In this document: positions 9,423 to 20,531 of the stretch, piece by piece | Layout of the letters: each line of letters opens with the position of its first letter | How positions within the stretch are numbered: position 1 is the stretch's first letter | Assembly: GCA_008632985.1 (NCBI GenBank) | Contig: QPGO01000156.1 | Span: 124,001-174,809 of the forward strand | DNA length: 50,809 nucleotides | Source: Psammoneis japonica | Taxonomy: Eukaryota | Direction of reading: 5' to 3' | Translations under genes and position numbers: made by a program | The notes under the pieces: model-generated | What the model was told of the DNA's origin: nothing | Databases searched by the model: none | The model's input: only the letters and a program-made list of their open reading frames with translations

Positions 9423-11909
9423 TTAGGTTGGCCGGTCCAGCCACTTGCAGGGCCTCGAACGCATTATCGAGCCTGTCGTCGTATGAGACATGCCACAGGA
9501 TGAATTGTACCCCAACAGAAGACCCCACGTGCCAAAGCCACCAATGTTGTGACTGAGACATCGACTCTCTCCGAGGAGATACAGGTCGACGAAGATCGAA
9601 TAGTATTCTGATGGATGTCGACTAGTAGCATTGATTGCTCTGTCAATGTGAAGCGGTTCCTCGTCGTGGATCAGGCCCACAATTTTCCTCGACTTTTCTT
9701 TTGCATACTTTTGAACGACTTGGACTGCATATTTAGAGTCCGATGCAAAGTAGATAGGTGCGCCTGGACGCAATTGAGAAGCGCAATTGACCGCATTGAT
9801 GGCAAGTTCAGACGTTTCTTTTTCTGGCCGACTCTTTCGTCCATAGGTTGCACGGAGGTGCGCTGCTGCGTACTCTCCAGGCTTCAGTCCCAGATCCTTC
9901 ATGTTTTTTGATATCACCTTTGCCAAGGAGGGCGACGGGGTAAAGATGGAGTGAAACATTTCATGATAAAAGCCATCGTGTGTTGTGTTGGTCCACGTTT
10001 CATAGTACGTAGAGCCACCACCGGTGCTTTGGACTCGCAGACGCACAATTGTATCATCAAAGCCATCCAACACTCTATCGATCCGGCGGAGATCCATAAG
10101 CTTCTTCTCATCTTTTAGTTTGGATTCCATCCATGAAGGCAATGTCCAATTAAGCCCTCCAGGAGGAGGGACCAAGAATTCTTCTAACCGACAAGGCTTG
10201 TCCCAATAAATGAGGAGGATTCTGTTGGTTCGGTTCGCCAGGTAGAGGATGGCTGGTAAAGGCTTGAGTCGATCTGCCGTACCACCACACTTGTCATCCT
10301 CAAGTGTGCACACCATGATGAGAAACTTTTTAGACCTCCAATTTGTTTCTGACAAGTCCTCACGCTCGATTGCGTGCCATCGAAAGTACTCCTCCAGCCA
10401 CGTTGGTAGAGTAGAGGACGTCGTTCGTCTGGAGTACAGTTTGACCGCTTTGCTTTTGTTCTCGTTTTTCTTCAGAACAATTCCCATCGGCTGTTCAAAC
10501 TTCACGGGCTTGTACGCATAACTCGGTTTCGGCTCACCGTCAGTCCAATCGCACCCAATAAGCGAGTGCCGTGCGTCACCCGTAACATATCGCATTCCGC
10601 AGGATGAATTGCTACTCATCATCAAGCCCCAGTTCCCAAACCCGCCCACATTGTAGGATACACAATTGCTAAAACCAATAAGGTACAAGTCTCGAAATGT
10701 GGCATAATATTCTGACGGATGGCGATCCCTCCAGTTCTCCGCTTTCTCCAGATGTAGCGGACTCTCGTCGTCGTGTAAACTGACGATTTTTCTCTTATTT
10801 GCAGTGGCAAACGCCTGAGTGAATTTTACGGCATCGCTCGAATCCGTAGCAAAGTAGATTGGACTGCCAGGGCTGAGCTTGGACGCGCAGTTGAGCGCAT
10901 TGATTGCCATTTTCTGAATATCATCAAGGGGTCGAAACTTTATCCCATACAAGGCACGCAAATGCGCCGCAGCGTACTGCCCAGGATTCAAGCCGAGTGA
11001 CTTCATGTTGTGTTGAATCATTGCTCCAATGGGTGGGACGGGAGAAAAAAAGACTCTCCACAAGTCATGGTAGACTGCAACAAAGGTTGTTTCGTTCGTA
11101 CGCTCGTCAAACCATGTTGAACCAGCATTATAAGCCTGATAGCGCATCAATGCCACTGCTGAGTTTGATTCGGCAAGTCTCATGCCTAGTGGAATACCCG
11201 GTGCATAAGGTCTACGAGGCAGTTGAGGTTCAAGCCATGCAGGAACCCGCCAGTCAACGCCACCTATCGGTGGTAGTAAGAAATTCTCAAGCTTACACGG
11301 TCGTTCCCATCGAATCAGGAGAATACGATTAGTGTAATTTGCCAACATCGTCATGGTTGGTATGGGTTTGAGTCTGTCAGCAGTACCTCCACAGTGCCCA
11401 TCTTCCTCTAAGCATTGCATGATTAAAAATCGTTTCTTTTTCCAGTTCTTATCGCTGAGTTCTGCCATTTGTTCTCTATGCCATTTCAGGTAATCCTTCA
11501 TCCACTGAGGAATCGTTGTTGAGTTATCCCACAAGTTAACCGATTTGTTTTCCCATTTTGTATACAAAATTGAAGTGTCTGCATTATCAAACGCTGTTAT
11601 ACGTTTCGACTTTTGCACAAGTGATTGCCCAGCTTGAAAGCTCTGTAAGCGATCCGCAACCATTTGTGACTGTGACGGGTAAAACGAACTCAAGCTGTGC
11701 ACCGCGTGCATTCCAATAATTATACCCAACTGCACAACCATCAGGAAGATTAGAAACAGTTTGCAGCATCCCATTCGACGCTGCGTCTCATTCTTGTAGA
11801 CTCCGTTCATGCTGCCGACGTTCCCAAGCCCGTTTGTGTTTGCACCGCTGTTTTTCCCCCTCGGTATTATCTTTGTCTCTAACGATTTTGATGATTTCAG
11901 CCACTTCAT
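9423..11909 (-). CDS. Type II membrane protein with two tandem fucosyltransferase-like domains, paralog B
   Basis: 828-aa intact ORF, colinear with 29..2503 and with the same duplicated motifs. Confidence 0.8.
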   Translation of the reverse strand: MKWLKSSKSLETKIIPRGKNSGANTNGLGNVGSMNGVYKNETQRRMGCCKLFLIFLMVVQLGIIIGMHAVHSLSSFYPSQSQMVADRLQSFQAGQSLVQKSKRITAFDNADTSILYTKWENKSVNLWDNSTTIPQWMKDYLKWHREQMAELSDKNWKKKRFLIMQCLEEDGHCGGTADRLKPIPTMTMLANYTNRILLIRWERPCKLENFLLPPIGGVDWRVPAWLEPQLPRRPYAPGIPLGMRLAESNSAVALMRYQAYNAGSTWFDERTNETTFVAVYHDLWRVFFSPVPPIGAMIQHNMKSLGLNPGQYAAAHLRALYGIKFRPLDDIQKMAINALNCASKLSPGSPIYFATDSSDAVKFTQAFATANKRKIVSLHDDESPLHLEKAENWRDRHPSEYYATFRDLYLIGFSNCVSYNVGGFGNWGLMMSSNSSCGMRYVTGDARHSLIGCDWTDGEPKPSYAYKPVKFEQPMGIVLKKNENKSKAVKLYSRRTTSSTLPTWLEEYFRWHAIEREDLSETNWRSKKFLIMVCTLEDDKCGGTADRLKPLPAILYLANRTNRILLIYWDKPCRLEEFLVPPPGGLNWTLPSWMESKLKDEKKLMDLRRIDRVLDGFDDTIVRLRVQSTGGGSTYYETWTNTTHDGFYHEMFHSIFTPSPSLAKVISKNMKDLGLKPGEYAAAHLRATYGRKSRPEKETSELAINAVNCASQLRPGAPIYFASDSKYAVQVVQKYAKEKSRKIVGLIHDEEPLHIDRAINATSRHPSEYYSIFVDLYLLGESRCLSHNIGGFGTWGLLLGYNSSCGMSHTTTGSIMRSRPCKWLDRPT

Positions 11910-12429
11910 ATTTACTCCTTTGAAGAAACGTGCTCTTGCTCTTTGGGCGCGGGTTGGTTTGTGGTTGTCTTCTCTACCGGTGGATGCCGTTGCTCACTAC
12001 GACGGCAATAGTCATTGTCGCCGAAATAATCTCGAATGAGAAATTTGGAAGGCGTTCGCCAAGCGAGCGAGTGACAGACGGTGAACAATCGAACTGATCA
12101 ATTCGCGTGCGCTCAATCCATCGTTGCGCGCGTTCAACGGATTGAGGTCCAGATTAGAATTCTTGTAGGTTCCTACATACGAAGCTTTCCTGTAGTTTCT
12201 GTACTGGAGCTTTTCGTATTCAACGCACCCGTCAAATTTCGAAAATTTGCTTCCAACGCCGTTTCAGTTCCAAAACGCTGACATGAAATTCAAAAGAACA
12301 ATCCACAAAGTAGACAAAGTGGCTGCTACAAAGCTCAGTTAAACCACTATACCATCCTCATCCTTCATTCATATCCTTTAGAAACGGAGAAAGTGTCGAA
12401 ATATCTCGAAAGTACCTTACCCTACCGCC

Positions 12430-14121
12430 ATGCTTCGTTCTGTCGTTCCAGAAGAAAATGAGTTGATGACGTTGTGTAAAAGCAAGGCCTGGAAATCTGC
12501 AATCGCTCGAGCAGAGTCACATCCATCAGAAGCAGAGATATCAGACATTGTTTCAAGCGGTTTTGGGTCTACAGTCCTTGCGACGGCTGTGCGATGCGGT
12601 GCACCCAAGCGTGTGCTTCAAGCCCTCGTCAAGGCCAACGTCCATCAAGTGGGAATTGCAAACTCCCGACGGGGCACCGTCCTGCACGAAGCTCTTTCTC
12701 ACCGCTGCAATGTAGATGTCTTGCAGTACTTGCTTCAAAGTTTGATTCAATACGAACGAACACATAATCGAAAAAAGCTCAATGTGTTCAAGGTGCGCGA
12801 CGATTTGGGCCGAACTGTTCTGCATCATCTAGTTCATCACAACTTGCGAGAAGCTCTTCTTGAAGATAATGGTAGGACGTCGGCCAATTTTTCCATGTTT
12901 CGTACACTGGTACTTGCGTGTCCGGATGCGATTGGAAAAATGGATGCCGACGGATACACTCCTCTCATGCTTTTGCTCAGCGTTATTCATCGCGACGAGG
13001 GAGTCGAAGCCCAGCTGTTTCGAATGGTCCAACTCTTGGTGGCGGCGTATCCTCCTTGTGCTTCTATTTCCCGTAAATCAAACACACAACAGCGACACGT
13101 CTGTCATCCCGATTGTTGTTGTAATGATGAAAAGACTTGCACCCTTGTCGGTGATGGAGCACCCAATCCACTCTCGACAGCCCTATTGTATGGGCGAAAG
13201 CAGGACATAATCAATGTTCTGCTACATGCTAATGACAAGGTTGGTGCCAATGCATGCATGTCCATTATCAGCCAACACCATGAAGTGCCACTTCACGTGG
13301 CTGTTACTATGCGAGCACCACCATCGACCCTTTCTCGATTAATTGAGCACGGCAGTGGCGCGGTTCATGTCTCGGATAAGCACGGCCTGGCACCTTTGGA
13401 CTGGTTGTGGATTCGCTTTGTGGTGGATGTGTGTTCCACTCAGCCTCCACTATCTCCAGTCATGGTGTCGAAACGGCGGTACGTCTCCAATCAATTTCTG
13501 GAATGGCACCGACGCGTCACGGAACAATTGAAAGACCGGGAGTCGCTCGATAAGATTGGCACAGTCTTACGAGACCAATTGTGGCAACGGGCAAGTCAGC
13601 TTATCAAGGCTGCAGTTCAAGATGACATGCCTACTCTACACACCGCGTGCTCGGTCACATGTCCTCTTGCCTTGGTGAGACTAGCTTTGGAAGAATGTCT
13701 CCAAAAACAGTTCATTACTCGAGACAGTCGCGGTCGACTGCCTTTGCACTACGCAGCCGAACGTCTTTCATACAAGGCACAAGTCCCACTTGGCGTACAG
13801 AAACGTCTCTGCAGTGTTCAAGAAGAAGAATCTCCCGCTGACTTGTTGTTGGAACGTTTCCCAGAGGCGACTCGCGTGGTGGATAACCAGCACCAGTTGC
13901 CTCTTCATATTGCTATTGATTGTTCCAAACAACGAGACGTAAACAATGACAGCGTCGTTTGCAGCCTCTTGTCCAAATACCCTGATGCGCTGGAACGTCG
14001 AGATGGCAAGACAAAGCTGTTTCCTTTTCTTCAAGCAGCGGCTGGCAATGGTGCTCACACGAGCACTATTTACACCCTGCTTCGCGACCACCCTACACTG
14101 GTTAATTCTGGATTACAATAG
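12430..14121 (+). CDS. Ankyrin-repeat-like protein
   Basis: 563-aa ORF with repeated ankyrin-like motifs GTVLHEA, GRTVLHHL, GYTPLMLL, VPLHVAV, GRLPLHYAA, LPLHIAI, and C-terminal LFPFLQAA. Confidence 0.85.
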   Translation: MLRSVVPEENELMTLCKSKAWKSAIARAESHPSEAEISDIVSSGFGSTVLATAVRCGAPKRVLQALVKANVHQVGIANSRRGTVLHEALSHRCNVDVLQYLLQSLIQYERTHNRKKLNVFKVRDDLGRTVLHHLVHHNLREALLEDNGRTSANFSMFRTLVLACPDAIGKMDADGYTPLMLLLSVIHRDEGVEAQLFRMVQLLVAAYPPCASISRKSNTQQRHVCHPDCCCNDEKTCTLVGDGAPNPLSTALLYGRKQDIINVLLHANDKVGANACMSIISQHHEVPLHVAVTMRAPPSTLSRLIEHGSGAVHVSDKHGLAPLDWLWIRFVVDVCSTQPPLSPVMVSKRRYVSNQFLEWHRRVTEQLKDRESLDKIGTVLRDQLWQRASQLIKAAVQDDMPTLHTACSVTCPLALVRLALEECLQKQFITRDSRGRLPLHYAAERLSYKAQVPLGVQKRLCSVQEEESPADLLLERFPEATRVVDNQHQLPLHIAIDCSKQRDVNNDSVVCSLLSKYPDALERRDGKTKLFPFLQAAAGNGAHTSTIYTLLRDHPTLVNSGLQ

Positions 14122-14198
14122 ACAGTCTATTGCTTAGTAGTCTTTTGTCAAATTTTCCGAGGATAGTCGCAGAGCGAGAATACTATTTGTTGGGTGGT

Positions 14199-14819
14199 TC
14201 AATTTCCATTCATGTCGGCATCGCTGTCACTCGCATTATCGCTATCGGTGTTGTACGAGTTTCGGCCAACTTCACACCCTGGAGCCAGATTACGGATTGG
14301 ACGATGACAGAAGCAACCAGGACATTCACAGTAGGTACACACTGTCTCTGTGCATAAGAAAGCAATCAATCCTTTGCCAACGGTTTGAAAACAAACATCG
14401 CAATAACATTCCGAACCCACCGCCACCGTCACTTTCTCGAGGTTATGACCGTCCGGACATTTTGGCGTATGTTCTTCAAGCAAATGTTCCTGCAGAAGCC
14501 TTCTTTTATCTTGCCATTCGCAGCCAATAAATTCAAAAAAGCAGGGAATCTCGAGCTCTGTGCATTTTCTCTCGTGTTCGGCGCCCACCTTATGAGCCCG
14601 GAGGCAGTCCGCGCACGTAATTTCAAGCTCATTGGCGAGCCTCTGCATTGGCTGGTTTGCTCGAAACGAAAACTGCAGGCTTCGGCACTGGGGACAAGCG
14701 GAAATGTCTTTTCCGTCGACGCATTCTTTGCAAGCCAAGGCTCCGCAGCAAGAAGTGCTTTGGCAATCCTTCACGATCTCGTGACAAATGAGGCACTGAA
14801 AATCTTCTGCTCCTGGCAT
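14199..14819 (-). CDS. RING finger + TRAF/SIAH-type zinc finger + Cys-rich domain protein (putative E3 ligase)
   Basis: CLICHE..CCGALACKEC..CPQCR RING; C.F..IGCEW..LQEHL zinc finger; CPDGH..CDVC..C..C..CPGC. The 5' end may extend further. Confidence 0.75.
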   Translation of the reverse strand: MPGAEDFQCLICHEIVKDCQSTSCCGALACKECVDGKDISACPQCRSLQFSFRANQPMQRLANELEITCADCLRAHKVGAEHERKCTELEIPCFFEFIGCEWQDKRRLLQEHLLEEHTPKCPDGHNLEKVTVAVGSECYCDVCFQTVGKGLIAFLCTETVCTYCECPGCFCHRPIRNLAPGCEVGRNSYNTDSDNASDSDADMNGN

Positions 14820-15139
14820 TTTCTGTGAGGTTCGGACGACACGTTATGGAAACAAGAGTAGCAAAGCGTAGTGTCCTTTGGGTAACCCTGGCGGCGGTGT
14901 GAAGGTTGAGAGTGGTGGCCGTCAACTGCGACAGCCTGGGGCGTCGTGTCATGGCAGCGCAAATGCAGGATCGGATTTGAATTCTCAGATCGATCCTACA
15001 ACAGACGGACCACAGCACGCCCACCAAGTGCCGGTAAGTGGCAATGCCTGCAGGGCCCCACTCCACTAGCTAGAGTAGAGAGTGGCATCCGGCAAAGGCA
15101 GTGATTGGCGACTTAGCCCTCTGCTCTAGCAGCAGTGTA

Positions 15140-16759
15140 TTTGCAATGCGCCCACAGCTAGCTGGAGGGCCCCAAGCTTTAACTGCAATGGACCTGCACT
15201 GCTGCCAACTGCAAACAGAATTGGGTGGATCCTCTCAACCCACTCAGCAAGAAGCTTGGTGTCTTGTCAACAACATCTTCCCCATGCATGTGGCACTGCC
15301 AAGACCCAAAATCATCATTGAAGACCAGAGTGCAAAGATTGCAGTCCCTTTTGCTGGGCGCCACACCATGTGCCTGACAATCCACAACAAACCAGGCATC
15401 TGCCACTGCTTCCTTGCATTTGCCAAGAAGAACAACACGATGGGGAGATGTTCCTTCCAGCCTTTTCCATCACAAAGCAGCTCCAAAGCCCCCTTCCCTC
15501 CACTCTTGATGCACAAATCCAGCTCTCCAGTGTCAATTTTGCCAACAACCATCACCTCAGTGCCAAGCTCTGGAATGATTCAATGCCATGCATGCAGCAG
15601 AGATGCAACTGCATTGTCATGGAAAACAAAAGCTGCTGGAATGCAGCCTCTTTCGGACTTTGCAATGCACCATCCTTTGTTGGGCTTGCCACTTGGAGTC
15701 GACAAGCCAAAATGTTTTCAGCAGCTCAAACAATTGGATTGTCTGACAATTTGAGGAACATCTGTGCTGGATGAGGCTTGGGAGAATGTCTTGTTTTGCA
15801 GCAGAATCTCTGCAACGGGACTTGTGAATCGGGCCAATTCTGTCAAGATCCCAGCATTGACCAGCTCAGTGACAATGTCACCAGGTTGGCTCAGACCCTC
15901 AATGATTCTGAGCAGAGATGAGATTTTTTTGTCCAAGATGAAAGGAAAAAACAGCAACAACGGCAGCAGCAACAACAACAACAACACAACATCATCTGAG
16001 GAAAATGCAAAGACATGGTCATGAATGGCAAGAATGCCAACAACGGCACAAAGATGCTTTGACACAAATCAGAGCAGTTGTTGTGACCTTTCTCTCTTGC
16101 ACAATTTCTGCCACATTTTCAACAGCAACATCACACCCAGGCGCACTTCTTTTGCAGCACCATCATGCCGCTTTTCTTTCAAAAAGTTGACAAGAATCTT
16201 GCAGATGAGCACAGCTTGCTGTGTGTTGGGAGCCATCACAAGTGAGTGCCACTTTCACACACCAACACTGTCCAAAACATGTCTTCTGACAACAACATTT
16301 TTCTGGTGAAATTTCTCTTTTCAGATGCGCAGCTGACAGGGACACACCAAAAATTCACCACCTTCACCATGTCAGCACTGACCAGCAAGGCAAGCACTTG
16401 GCATTCTCTGGGAACACCCTGCTGAGCTTTTTCCTTTGTTTTGGTTGGCTGCTGCAGCAGCATCAGCAGTTGGAGCAAGCTCTTTCTTTGGGGTGTTTCT
16501 CACCATGCCTTTCTTGATGGCAGCAGAGGTGGTGCACCTGGCTCTGACAGTCAAGCACCTCACTTCAAACAACCCCTCACACAAAGCAGAGGTGCAATCT
16601 CATGGAGTGCAGCAGACATTTGCCACACGACATTTGAGGAGCCAAGTGTGAGCATCTGCAGGAGCTTTGGAGAAGGTGGCCACCAATCCATGCAACTTCA
16701 GTTGTTGCAGCAGTGTCTCACAAGAAGTGTGGCTTGTCTCAAACAGCAATGCTGGTGGA
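15140..16759. other. Hypermutated degenerate block (left part of the host sequence of the LTR insertion)
   Basis: TA- and CG-depleted. The target-site duplication shows it continues at 20813. Confidence 0.55.
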
Positions 16760-16764
16760 ATGTG

Positions 16765-17040
16765 TGACAGAAACTGAAGGCAAATGGCAAGAATTCAAAC
16801 AACAACTCCTCACTGCTGTCTAAACAGCAGATGAGTCTCCGCTCAGAGACCGTTGCAGGAGCCGAAAGACGTGCAAGTCGGTGTGATCGGGCTACTGTTG
16901 TTATTCTTGTGAGCCTTGTGGCTCGAAAGCAAACTGCATCGCGCGCGAACGCGCGGAACTAAAGCACACAAAACTGTGCGCGGTAAACTAAACAGCGCGC
17001 GATGTTTCGCGCGCACCTAAATCCTGTTCAAATCCTGTCA
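16765..17040 (-). repeat. 3' LTR
   Basis: Matches 20532..20807 with 15 substitutions by manual alignment. Confidence 0.95.
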
Positions 17041-17106
17041 CTCCCCAGTTTGCTTGAGGAGCCACAGAAACAGATTCGACTTCGGATTGACTAAAGAACT
17101 TTGGGG

Positions 17107-19575
17107 TCAAAGCACCAAAACATGAGGAGACAAGAAAGGATCAAGATCCAAGAGCAACGTTGCATTCTCCAAGTGGGTCATCTTGAGATGAGCTGCGTCT
17201 CCCCAATTGCAGATGCCGTTGTGCTTTTCAAAGCTCAAGGCACACTTGGGATCTTGTGGGATTCCACATCCGCACTTGCAATGGAAGGAGCAAAGCTTGG
17301 TCTGGTTGACAATGTTGAACGGCGGGGCAACATTGCAGGTGGCATGGCATTTGCACGACTCGGGGAACAGAGCAAGCATGAGTTCAAAGGCACAAGCGGT
17401 GGACTTGTGTTCCACCAATCCGATTGCAAGCTCAGCTGCATCTCCTGAGAGACTGATCCAATTGGAGAAACGAGTCTCAAGGTGCAAGCCTTCGGGGATC
17501 GGATTGGAGCAAGACATCTTGTGGTGCAAGGCTGCAGGTGTCTGATTGGGGCAACCAGTCCCGTGCTGCAAGACTTCTGGGATCCAAAAGGACTTGCCAG
17601 TCTTGTGACACGAGTCTTCGGGGATCCAATCAGGAGGCCAAGTCTTGAGGTGCGAGACTTGGGGGATCCAATCAGGAGGCCGAGTCTCGTGACGCAAGAC
17701 TTGAGGGATCCAATCCGGAGGCCGAGTCTTGAGGCATGAGACGTGGAGGATCCAATTGGGAGGCCCGGTCTTGAGGCACGAGACGTGGAGAGTCCAGTTG
17801 GGAGGCCTGGTCTCAAGGCACGAGACTTGGGGCATCCGATCAGGAGGCCCAGTCTCGATGTACGACACTTGGGGCATCCAATCAGGAGGCCCAGTCTCGA
17901 GGCACGAGACTTGAGGCATCCAATCAGGAGGCCCAGTCTCGAGGTGCGAGACTTGGGACATCCAATCAGGAGACCTGGTCTCGAGGTACGAGACTTGGGG
18001 CATCCAATCAGGAGGCCTGGTCTCGAGGTACGAGACTTGCGGCATCCAATCAGGAGGCCTGGTCTCGAGGTACGAGACTTGAGGCATCCAATCAGGAGGC
18101 CCAGTCTCGAGGTGCGAGACTTGGGGCATCCAATCAGGAGGCCCAGTCTCGAGGTACGAGACTTGGGGCATCCAACCAGGAGGCCCAGTCTCGAGGTACG
18201 AGACTTGAGGCATCCAATCAGGAGGCCTAGTCTCGAGGTACGAGACTTGAGGCATCCAGTCAGGAGACCTGGTCTCGAGGTGCGAGACTTGGGGCATCCA
18301 ATCAGGAGGCCTGGTCTCGAGGTACGAGACTTGGGGCATCCAATCAGGAGGCCTAGTCTCGAGGTACGAGACTTGGGGCACAGGAGGCCTAGTCTCGAGG
18401 TGCGAGACTTGGGACATCCAATCAGGAGACCTGGTCTCGAGGTACGAGACTTGGGGCATCCAATCAGGAGGCCCAGTCTCGAGGCACGAGACTTGCGGCA
18501 TCCAATCAGGAGGCCCAGTCTCGAGGTACGAGACTTGGGGCATCCAATCAGGAGGCCCAGTCTCGAGGTACGAGACTTGGGGCATCCAATCAGGAGGCCC
18601 AGTCTCGAGGTGCGAGACTTGAGGCATCCAATCAGGAGGCCTGGTCTCGAGGTACGAGACTTGAGGCATCCAATCAGGAGGCCCAGTCTCGAGGTACGAG
18701 ACTTGAGGCATCCAATCAGGAGGCCTGGTCTCATGGTGTGATGCTTGGAGGATCCGAAGACAACGAAGCTGCTTGGATGTCCTGAACTCCCCATCTGATG
18801 AACCGGTTGAACTGTTGTGAACAGATTCAATGACGGGAAAAGGAGGCTCCCCATCAGGAGATGCGAGAAGCAAGTTGTCACCTCCATCACTTCCCAAACG
18901 AAGACTGTGAAGGGTGACAGCGACAGAAGTCGACACGTGGAGGTTGGCAGCACGTGGTTTGCGGGGTGCAAAGACTGCAGCTTTGGAAGCCATGGGTGGA
19001 GTGTCCCAACTGGTCTCAAAGTGCGGGCCTGTGCAAGGGCTGCAATCCTGCACTGGGCCGAGGTTGCTTGCAGGCGGGTTGGTCAAGACATGCGGGGCAC
19101 GACTGACACCACTTCTAGGAGACACCTGAGTGGCGGCACAGTGCAAGGCTGGTGTCAAAATGGCACTGGGTTCATCTGGTTTGGATGGCAAGGGACTCGG
19201 CACAGGTGCGGAGGGTGCTGCGCCAGTGGCTAGAGAGGTCAAGTAGTCCGGACCAAGGCGGCAGTTGCGAAATTCCTCGGGTGTGAGCAACTGGGGTTCA
19301 TTGGTCACATCATCACCGTTGCAAACTTTGACAAAGTAGAAGCTGATCAAAGCTGCTAGGAGGTTTCTGTGGGTCCGTGGCAAAGGCACTACATTGGCGC
19401 CGTCTCTGCAAGTGAGGGCGTCAATTTGGGTGGGTAAGAACGTGAACAATTCCTCGCACGATTCAATCCCGTTGATGGACAGGGCAGAACGAAGAGGGCT
19501 GTCATCGTCTTGATTGAGCACAGTGCCCAGAATGCATTTGAAGCTTTCGGTTTGTTGCTGTCGCGTGAGAACCAT
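17107..19575 (-). CDS. Gag-like N-terminus fused to ~31 14-aa repeats and a short pol remnant (probably defective)
   Basis: N-terminus FKCILGTVLNQDDDSPLRSAL..GI resembles CoDi gag starts. (ETxPPDWMPQVSYL)n follows. C-terminal KCGCGIPQD..AL.F...NG...WGDA resembles the Copia integrase-RT linker. Confidence 0.5.
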   Translation of the reverse strand: MVLTRQQQTESFKCILGTVLNQDDDSPLRSALSINGIESCEELFTFLPTQIDALTCRDGANVVPLPRTHRNLLAALISFYFVKVCNGDDVTNEPQLLTPEEFRNCRLGPDYLTSLATGAAPSAPVPSPLPSKPDEPSAILTPALHCAATQVSPRSGVSRAPHVLTNPPASNLGPVQDCSPCTGPHFETSWDTPPMASKAAVFAPRKPRAANLHVSTSVAVTLHSLRLGSDGGDNLLLASPDGEPPFPVIESVHNSSTGSSDGEFRTSKQLRCLRILQASHHETRPPDWMPQVSYLETGPPDWMPQVSYLETRPPDWMPQVSHLETGPPDWMPQVSYLETGPPDWMPQVSYLETGPPDWMPQVSCLETGPPDWMPQVSYLETRSPDWMSQVSHLETRPPVPQVSYLETRPPDWMPQVSYLETRPPDWMPQVSHLETRSPDWMPQVSYLETRPPDWMPQVSYLETGPPGWMPQVSYLETGPPDWMPQVSHLETGPPDWMPQVSYLETRPPDWMPQVSYLETRPPDWMPQVSYLETRSPDWMSQVSHLETGPPDWMPQVSCLETGPPDWMPQVSYIETGPPDRMPQVSCLETRPPNWTLHVSCLKTGPPNWILHVSCLKTRPPDWIPQVLRHETRPPDWIPQVSHLKTWPPDWIPEDSCHKTGKSFWIPEVLQHGTGCPNQTPAALHHKMSCSNPIPEGLHLETRFSNWISLSGDAAELAIGLVEHKSTACAFELMLALFPESCKCHATCNVAPPFNIVNQTKLCSFHCKCGCGIPQDPKCALSFEKHNGICNWGDAAHLKMTHLENATLLLDLDPFLSPHVLVL
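17450..18732. repeat. 42-bp tandem array
   Basis: Unit GAGGTACGAGACTTGGGGCATCCAATCAGGAGGCCYRGTCTC. 22 near-identical units span 17815-18732 (one is 36 bp), and ~9 progressively degenerate units lie to the left. Confidence 0.95.
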
Positions 19576-20531
19576 GACGGAGGACGGTGCAGTGGAAACA
19601 AAAGACAGGAACCAATCTAGAGCGTGATCTTGACTCGGAGTTTTGACTTGGAACTTGGCTTGAAAAAGACTTGACTTGAGCTAGACTTGACTTGAAATCT
19701 TGGACTGTCTTAAAATCAGAAGTCGCCGGGTTGTGCCATCCCGTTCGTTGTCAAGTGCCAAACTTCCCATCCGGTCCGTAGAGTTGTGCTGGCACGTCCG
19801 AACCCACAGCCAGTGGCGCTTTGGGTTGCTTGCAAGCGGAGTGGCGGGTTGCAAACCCCTGCAGGCAAGCTGACTGGAGGTGGACAAGACCCCTGAACCA
19901 TTCCCATTTTGTGTCGGTTGGATTTCCCGATCAGGCTGGCCAGTTGACGCAGGCGTTGGGCGCTGTGGATGAACGAACAAACGCGGGAAAACACCCTCGC
20001 CCCAACGCAGGCTGCAATCACGGCTGCTTGCTCTCACAGTCGTCCTCGTGGACCCAGTGGAACTGCAGAGCACCGGCAGTCCGGGGCAGATCAGGTGCAA
20101 TGGACTCGGTGTGCTTGCAGAGTGGCAGCAAAACTGCAGTCCGAAGAGTGGGTGCAGGTTCTTGGCCGTGAAGATGTGCACATGTGTGTGTGTCTTCAGC
20201 GACAAAGATCCTTGAACATGCAGGGTTCTTGACCGTCAACCGATGAACAGGTGTGTCAAGTGATGAGGATCAAGGACAGACTAGGATGTGACTGTTGAAT
20301 GCATGTCTTCAGCGATCAAAGGTGGCACAATCAATCCAGATGTCCAGCAGCAAGGAGACTTGACGGTGACGTTAACTTCCTGCCGATGCCCTGGCATTGA
20401 ATGCACGCAGACTTGCCAATGCATGTAGAACACACACGGAGGTCCACGTGGAATTGAAGTGGCGTCGTTGGCAAATCAACGGCGACGATGGCGGTTGCTC
20501 AATGGGTTGACAATGAGCAAGACTGTTGATC

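Noticed and set aside
6823..15082. Large DNA transposon bounded by a 13-bp inverted repeat
   Set aside because: No TSD or transposase, it encloses ordinary genes, and the motif also occurs at 2520.
17450..18732. CRISPR array
   Set aside because: Units are contiguous with no unique spacers, there are no cas genes, and the context is a eukaryotic LTR element.
17235..19019. Alternative-frame repeat proteins (594 aa minus strand, 332 aa plus strand)
   Set aside because: By-products of a stop-free 42-bp repeat.
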